From the human T2T-CHM13v2.0 reference genome, Homo sapiens, in assembly GCF_009914755.1 (NCBI RefSeq), contig NC_060936.1: 64,000 bases of DNA; one strand, given 5' to 3'. Below are positions 57,118 to 64,000 of the stretch, piece after piece (within the stretch, counting starts at the first letter, position 1; every line of letters starts with the position of its first letter). Both the position numbers and the translations under genes were made by a program. The notes under the pieces are model-generated. The model worked only from the letters and a program-made list of their open reading frames with translations, was not told the origin of the DNA and did no database searches.

Positions 57118-58056
57118 TGTTTTAATTTTAAAACTCTTTGTCAGTTGCCTGTGTGAGCATGTTTCTCATTTGATAGAAGCTGGGGCTCTTAAAACAGGAC
57201 TTAGAAAGTTACCCAATTTAAAATTCTTGGTTTTGTATTTTCTCTAAAAATCTCTTTGATATTTTCCTCTTTCCCCTCTTTTTGTCAGGTCCTAACCCCA
57301 TAGTCGCAGGGTAAAGTAATAGTAAAACTCAGTCAACAGATGGGCAACATGGCAGTGGAGCTAGCTCTGCTGCAGGGAAGAATTGATGGTAGATATGGAT
57401 AGAGGTGGTCTTCTACATTGCGTCCACAAAGTCAAGGGGAAATATTCACCTGTTGTTAACTTAATTTGTATATGAGATGTTAACCAAATGTTGGGGCTAA
57501 ATTGCAGTAGATGTGTTACTTATTGTTGTAAGCGCCTAGGGTAATATTTATATCCCTTGAGTTTGGCTGCTTTTTTTAATCAAATCTCTTTTCCCCACTT
57601 TTTCATTGTTTCACTCATGCACTCTCAATCACATACAAAGTGATCTTGTCATCAAACTTCCTGTACACTCAATCCCTGATAATCTAATAAAAATTCAGTG
57701 TTATTTCTAAAACGTATGCACAGACCCGGAGATTAGAGCATATGTGGTAAACTTTGTGATGTTACATATGAAAATAATTAAAATAATCTTCAACATTAAA
57801 CTAACTTGAATATTCTCATGTTCTTGTTATCGTCCCCTTAATAAAAATATTTTTCTGGGTGTTTCATGAATCCATAATATTTAACTTTCTCTTAGAATTT
57901 TAGATTTATATTTGGATATTAATTTCCAAGAAAATATTGGCATGGGGAAGAAGTATAGGCATTTCCAAAGGACTGAGGGTACAAGTCTTTAAACTTTGGA
58001 AGATTCAGGACTTGTCCCTGGAATTGCTAATGGGAGATGATTAGCATCATTCAACA

Positions 58057-58071
58057 GTGCCCCCTTGTGGT
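58057..58071 (-). promoter_or_regulatory. Candidate CTCF site (ACCACAAGGGGGCAC, minus strand)
   Basis: Close match to the CTCF core consensus; motif only. Confidence 0.55.
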
Positions 58072-59011
58072 AAGAGCATACATGTCAGAGACTGAGTTCC
58101 TGCAGGAGCCCTGAATTCTCTGAAAGGGAAAAGAGAAAGGGAACAGGAATTTTCTTTTTTAAAAGGACTGAACTTCTGATAAGAAATTGATTGAAATAGT
58201 TTGTATTCTGTTTTTTAAAGTTTTACATTAGGGAGCCATTTCCAGATTTTCCAGCTTGTGTTGTCAGGGGAAGATGTGATTTATTTCAGGTTGGAAATTT
58301 AGACCATATTTAAAGTATTGCCATGAAATATAGTTGAGTAGTTTTTTGTTAAAACAGATAAATTATCCCAGTTTACAATTCCATTTTTTTCAGTGGTTTC
58401 TTCTTTGCACGAGCAAAGAAGAAAGGAAGCTGTAAAATACAATAGCAGATAAGAATTCAATGGTATTTCTTAGCAATGAGAAAGTAGGAAAATATATATT
58501 TAGAAAGATCATATTGATGAATATCACTAAGGACTCATATTATGCAAGGATGATTAGCTTAGATAACTGGGAAAAGCTGATTTTTTTCTTTAGACTTGAA
58601 TTCTGACCTGTTAGTTGAGGAATCACAAATATGTTGCTGAATAATGTCAAACAGTTCATGACCTAATTCATAAGAAGAAAATAGATATCATCTAAGTGAA
58701 ATATTGTGCCATTATTAAGGTGTAATTGTATAACTATGATAGGTAATATTTTGCCCCATTTTATAAGAGACCACAATTTAAAAGCCTAAGGGTTTACTGG
58801 GAAGTGTATTTTATTGTAGCATCCCTTCTCTTAGCCTTTGTGAACTTGAATCATTACACTTGGAAGCTTAAAATAATTTCTATTTACAAAGTTTTATTTC
58901 ATATAGCATTGTTCTACTTGTAATTTTTGGCATTCGTGGATAATTTTGTCCTGTAGTCTATGAATTTGTGATGCAGGAATACATGCATGTCTTTGTAAAA
59001 AGAGAGAAGCT

Positions 59012-59315
59012 GGCCGGGCACAGTGGCTCACATCTGTAATCCCAACACTTAGGGAGTCCGAGGAGGGCGGGTCACTTGAGGTCAGGAGTTCAAGACCAGC
59101 CAGGTCAACATGGTAAAACCCCCGTCTCTACTAAAAATACAAAAATTATCTGGGCATGGTGGTGGGTGCCTGTAATCCCATCTACTGGGGAGGCTGATGC
59201 AAGAGAATCACTTGAACCCTGGAGGCGAAGGTCGCGGTGAGCTGAGATGGCGGCACTGCACTCCAGCCTGGGTGACAGAGTGAGACTCCATCTTAAAAAA
59301 AAAAAAAAAAAAAAA
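59012..59315 (+). mobile_element. AluS
   Basis: Sense dimer with A tail; flanking GAGAGAAGC repeat. Confidence 0.92.
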
Positions 59316-60428
59316 GGAGAGGGAGAGAGAAGCAAAAATATAGTAACCATTGTAGGGATCTTTGTGGCTTGTAGTAAAATAAGTCATCTCCCATGCAGGG
59401 TATTTGAGTGTCTCTTTTGGAGGAGTTAATATTGCTTAACACTCTAATTTCCTTTCCTACTCTCTGGGCTCTTGGACAAGTTTTGTGAGCAAATTGGTCC
59501 TTTAAAAAGTAGCACTAAAATAAAGTGGCAGTAGAAAAGGTGCAGAATTGTGTTGTGTCATATAAACACTAGGATTGGTTTCTCTTTCATTTTCTAATGA
59601 TAAAATTAGGTGAACTGCAGGGCCCTCATCCACTTTCCAGTTGAAAATTGTCATTAAACTTACAGTAAACTCAATCCCTGATAATCTCCTAATAAAAATT
59701 CAACACTATTGCTAAAATGTATGCACATACCCAGAGAATAGAGAATAGTTGAGAAACTTTGTGATGTTATATATGACGATAATTAAAATAGTCCTCAAAA
59801 TTAAAACTGATTTGACTATTCTCATGTTCCTGTTATTCACTTAATAAAAATAAAACATTTCCCTGGCTGTTTCAGGAATCTTAAGGATTCATGGCTTAAA
59901 GGATTTAATTTTCATTTCATTCTCCCATATTGGGTTGACGAGCAATCCATATTTTTGTGGACAAAGGAAGAAATTACAAATTTTTTAAAATAGCCATGTA
60001 TCATTGAGAAGGTTCAAAAGGTAAATGGCTTTACTAAAGAATGTGGTATATTTAAAATATGAAATAGCATTCTATGAAATAGAATAGAAATAGCACTCTG
60101 TGAAATAGCATAGAGTCATTTTTAGGATAGAAATATCTGACAAATAATAGCTATTACACTACCTTTCTTAATCAAAATTATACTCACCTTTTATTTTCAT
60201 AAGCCCATCACTTTAGGGCAGACGCATTGGGGATTTAAAGGAATGTTTTAAATGGAAAGATGCTTTCGTTCTTAAGGAGGTACATTTATTTCCATTTGTC
60301 TCATCTGATTCATACAACTTTAACCCTAGGAGCTGGTGACTTCTTAAGATTTCCAAGCTGCTATTTTATAGGTATAGGTAACTGTGTTACCACTTTCCTA
60401 ATGTACTTTCTTGTTTCTTCTTGGACAG

Positions 60429-60521
60429 GGGCTGATTCAGGAGATCAATGATTTGAGGTTAAAAGTTAGTGAAATGGACAGTGAGAGACTTCAGTATGAA
60501 AAAAAGCTTAAATCAACCAAA
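60429..60521 (+). CDS. PPFIBP1: PPFIBP1 coding exon 6: GLIQEINDLRLKVSEMDSERLQYEKKLKSTK
   Basis: Acceptor ttcttcttggacag|GGG, donor AAA|gtaagt, 93 nt, phase 0-0. Confidence 0.94.
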
Positions 60522-60849
60522 GTAAGTTTTTCTCACAGGTTAACATTTTCAAACAAATGGCATCACTATTCATCTATGCCCAATAATATAAATAAGATGT
60601 TTTCTACTTAATGTATGATAAAGAAGGTATTTTAAAAGTAAATGAAGATTTCCCCCCAAGCTGGAAACCTTGAATTTAAACACCACTGATCTGAATTTAA
60701 AAACAAGGCTTAACTCATCCGACAGAACATAACCTGCCCTTTCTCTGAGTTGTATCTAACCTCCTTTATAAACTGATACTGTTTTCTCGGTTATTTAGCT
60801 TGTCTTTTTCTATCTGTAGTTTTCTTTCACTCCTCTGTCTCTCTACCAG

Positions 60850-60942
60850 TCTTTAATGGCCAAACTTTCTAGCATGAAAATCAAGGTGGGTCAGATGCAG
60901 TATGAAAAGCAGCGGATGGAACAAAAATGGGAGTCACTGAAG
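60850..60942 (+). CDS. PPFIBP1: PPFIBP1 coding exon 7 (probable cassette exon): SLMAKLSSMKIKVGQMQYEKQRMEQKWESLK
   Basis: Acceptor ctctgtctctctaccag|TCT, weak donor AAG|gtgtag, 93 nt, phase 0-0; peptide matches my recollection of the long liprin-beta-1 isoform. Confidence 0.88.
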
Positions 60943-62322
60943 GTGTAGTAGACGTTGGGTGATGGGGTCCATGGCCTGTTGCTTTCTGGCTTGTGTTGTT
61001 TTGCTGTGATGATGTTTTTAGTGGCATGTGCATTCATTCTGTGTGTGTGTCACCTGTTGATTACAAATCACCTCAAGCTGATTGAAGGGACAATGGGATC
61101 CCTGATGTTGTTTTCAGAAATACATGAAATAATTGGTGAAAAATAATAAACAGGTAAAAAGAAAGAATTTATAAATTAATCTCTTAGACTATCTGAGACC
61201 CAAGCCTAGTAAAATAATTGTAAACATTCGCTTGTGAAAGAATTCTGTTTCGTATCCACAGTAGAGGTCATTTTCCTCTTTAGGGACTTTCTTGATGGTA
61301 AATGTACAGCAGTTGATATTATCATGGCTGTGAATAGAAATGACTGCTGAGAAGCAGCACGGTGAGAACAGGTTCACACTTCCTGCCAGTGCTACTGAAG
61401 ACTTTTTGTACTTGTCCACTCTGCTCCTACCAGAAGTCAAAACTATAGGGCCAAGTGCCTCACTTCATTGGAGAACTACATCTTCTCATAGTACTAAATG
61501 TAATAAATATATCTTTAGAGATTCTGAAAGCAAAATGTGATGTTGAATATAAAGCTGTACTTCTTAGCATTGCATAGCTGTATTTTCTGTGTTAAGTACA
61601 GCCAGCAAAATTTGTTTGCTAAAACTAATTCTTTACTGAAAGGAAACTGAAAATTTAAACATGAGTACATAGAAGGATGGACTTGAAATCTTATACACAG
61701 TTGTATAGTTAAAAATTAAAAGAGGGCTCCACTATCTGTTTTCGAAATTTATTTTTTCCCATTGTTGTAGGAGATTCTGTCCTTTTATCTTAGTGATGAG
61801 GGTGAATTATTTAGTTCCCTGATTTGGCTAAAATTGTTCATGACTTGCTACCTTACCCATGAATGAAACTCTGTGCTTGTCAAGGAAGCATGAGTGCCAA
61901 CTTGAAATGCTGAATAAATGTCAAGCTAGTCTTTTCCAATTTGCATTTTATTTTGCTTTTATGACACTAAGTATCTAATTTGATTATCTTCCTTGATTAA
62001 CTTGGTTATATTTTTAATTTAATGTAAAGATTTAAACCTTAGGGCTATCCCATCCCTAATTACTCTTTAAAAGATCTCTTTTTAATTTGATTACAAAGAA
62101 ACTTGAAATAATTATACCATAACTATTATAAACAGGACTTCTACTAATAGTCTTGCTTTTTGCTTTTCATTGCCCTTGTCTGATTTCTGATGCTTGCATC
62201 TAAATTCTAGTAGATTTGTTTCATTCATAAAACCTGATTATTGATTTAAAGAGCTAATATGCTCTCTGAATGTTCCTTTTCAGTCATGATCTGCTATTTT
62301 TAAATGAATTTGTAACTTGTAG

Positions 62323-62437
62323 GATGAACTGGCATCTTTAAAAGAACAACTAGAAGAAAAGGAATCTGAAGTAAAAAGGCTACAAGAAAAATTGGTTTGC
62401 AAGATGAAAGGAGAAGGGGTTGAAATTGTTGATAGAG
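62323..62437 (+). CDS. PPFIBP1: PPFIBP1 coding exon 8: DELASLKEQLEEKESEVKRLQEKLVCKMKGEGVEIVDR
   Basis: Acceptor taacttgtag|GAT, donor AGAG|gtaaga, 115 nt, ends phase 1. Confidence 0.93.
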
Positions 62438-63513
62438 GTAAGAAGATATATTTCACATTTATCATCTCATTTTGTTAAAGTCCTCCAAAATCTGTAAAGG
62501 AAACCAATGAAAATCAATGTGTAGTTTTAGCATCAAAGAAAGAGCAGCAGAATCCAGCCAGGACCAGAACCACAGGGGATTCTCCAAGACTCTTTACTGT
62601 GACTGGGAATCCATTAATTTCCTCTTCAGCAGCTGGAAAAGGGGAATTCTGTACTTTATTTGGTGTTTAAGATCGCTAGACTGTAAATTCTCATCACAAG
62701 GATGGACTTGTCTCAATTGCGATGCAAGGGAATTTGTGCCAAAGGAGTTAAAAAGAACCATCCCTGTGTCCCGGGATCGTTGCCCTCAGAACTGAAATTA
62801 GATAAAGCAAGGGACTTAGAAACTGTTCTGCCCTTTTGAGAGAAGAGAAAAATGGTTCTGTATCTTTGGAAAAATTAGTAAAAAATTTATACCAGGGATT
62901 GAGCCCTCCACCTTTTAGAAAAATAGGCTAATTCTGTTTTTGGAAAAAATGCATGAATTTGTCCAAACTTTTTTCATAACAGCAGAGGTTTGTTCTGAGT
63001 ATTATATGGACCATAATTTCTAACAAAGCAGATTGTGCATGATAGAAAATAGCCCGAATGAAATACATTTTTAAAATTATATTTGGAAATATAATGTGCA
63101 TAATATCTGACAACACTAGGTTAAATTTAACCTTTCTTTGTTATTACGAACGATGACTGTGGCCCTACGAGATACCAAAGCAATTTCTGAGTCATTCAAA
63201 ACAGTACAAATTCCAGTTAGCGTAGCTTTGTTACATTTTTATCCATTTTATGAACATTAGTAACATTGTCTGTCCAATGAGGGACTTGAGTTAGATTATC
63301 TCTAAAGTCCTTCTTGGCTCTAGAATACCATGGCCTTATACCCCTGCAGGTATCACAATTCCCTGTCCGTCAGAAAATTCATCAAGCCTGAGGAAAATGG
63401 ATTCTCACCACCAACCGCTTCACCGCCCCACCCCATCACCTACTGTTTGGCATATATATAATTGTGTATTGATAAGGGACATTCAGAAACAGGTCATACT
63501 GATCATGCTTTCA

Positions 63514-63865
<352 letters not shown>

Positions 63866-64000
63866 TAAAATGGCATCACAGGACTTGTGGGCTAGAAGAT
63901 ATTAGAGTATGCTCCCCAAAGTCTGATCTGAGGACTCGAACCAACCTGGGAACTGCGTGTTACCAGTGCCCACCAGCTAACTACGGGGATTGAGAGCAAG

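Larger units (their letters stand above)
57646..59880 (+). repeat. Two diverged direct copies of a ~230-bp unit (57646-57872 and 59648-59880)
   Basis: Collinear shared blocks ACTCAATCCCTGATAATCT, TAATAAAAATTCA, AAACTTTGTGATGTTA, ATAATTAAAATA, TATTCTCATGTTC, CTTAATAAAAATA. Confidence 0.9.

Overview
This is human (primate) genomic DNA from inside the PPFIBP1 (liprin-beta-1) gene, + strand. Bases 1 to ~39,000 are a long, repeat-rich upstream intron. Bases 39023-62437 hold eight exons (904 coding nt, codons 1-301) encoding the N-terminal coiled-coil region; the gene continues past the window. The repeats include over 20 Alus, L1/L2 fragments, THE1, MLT and MER4 LTRs, and MER2, MER5A, MER58A and MER85 DNA elements. 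Three L1-made retrocopies have visible target-site duplications (TSDs): an antisense HMGN1 processed pseudogene, a polyadenylated HERV-W (LTR17) U3-R fragment, and a 38-nt tailless tRNA-Ile 5' half. The most interesting observations are: (1) the tRNA-Ile half ends exactly at the wobble base with G rather than A, possibly a genomic fossil of A34-to-inosine editing; (2) a GC-AG intron whose downstream exon begins GTAAGT, so splicing rebuilds a perfect 5' splice site (candidate recursive-splicing exon); (3) three tandem 31-residue exon-encoded repeats in the coiled coil; (4) an unexplained ~230-bp intronic duplication. I found no prokaryote-type system or novel protein-coding gene. Repeat subfamily names and most repeat boundaries were called by eye and are approximate.
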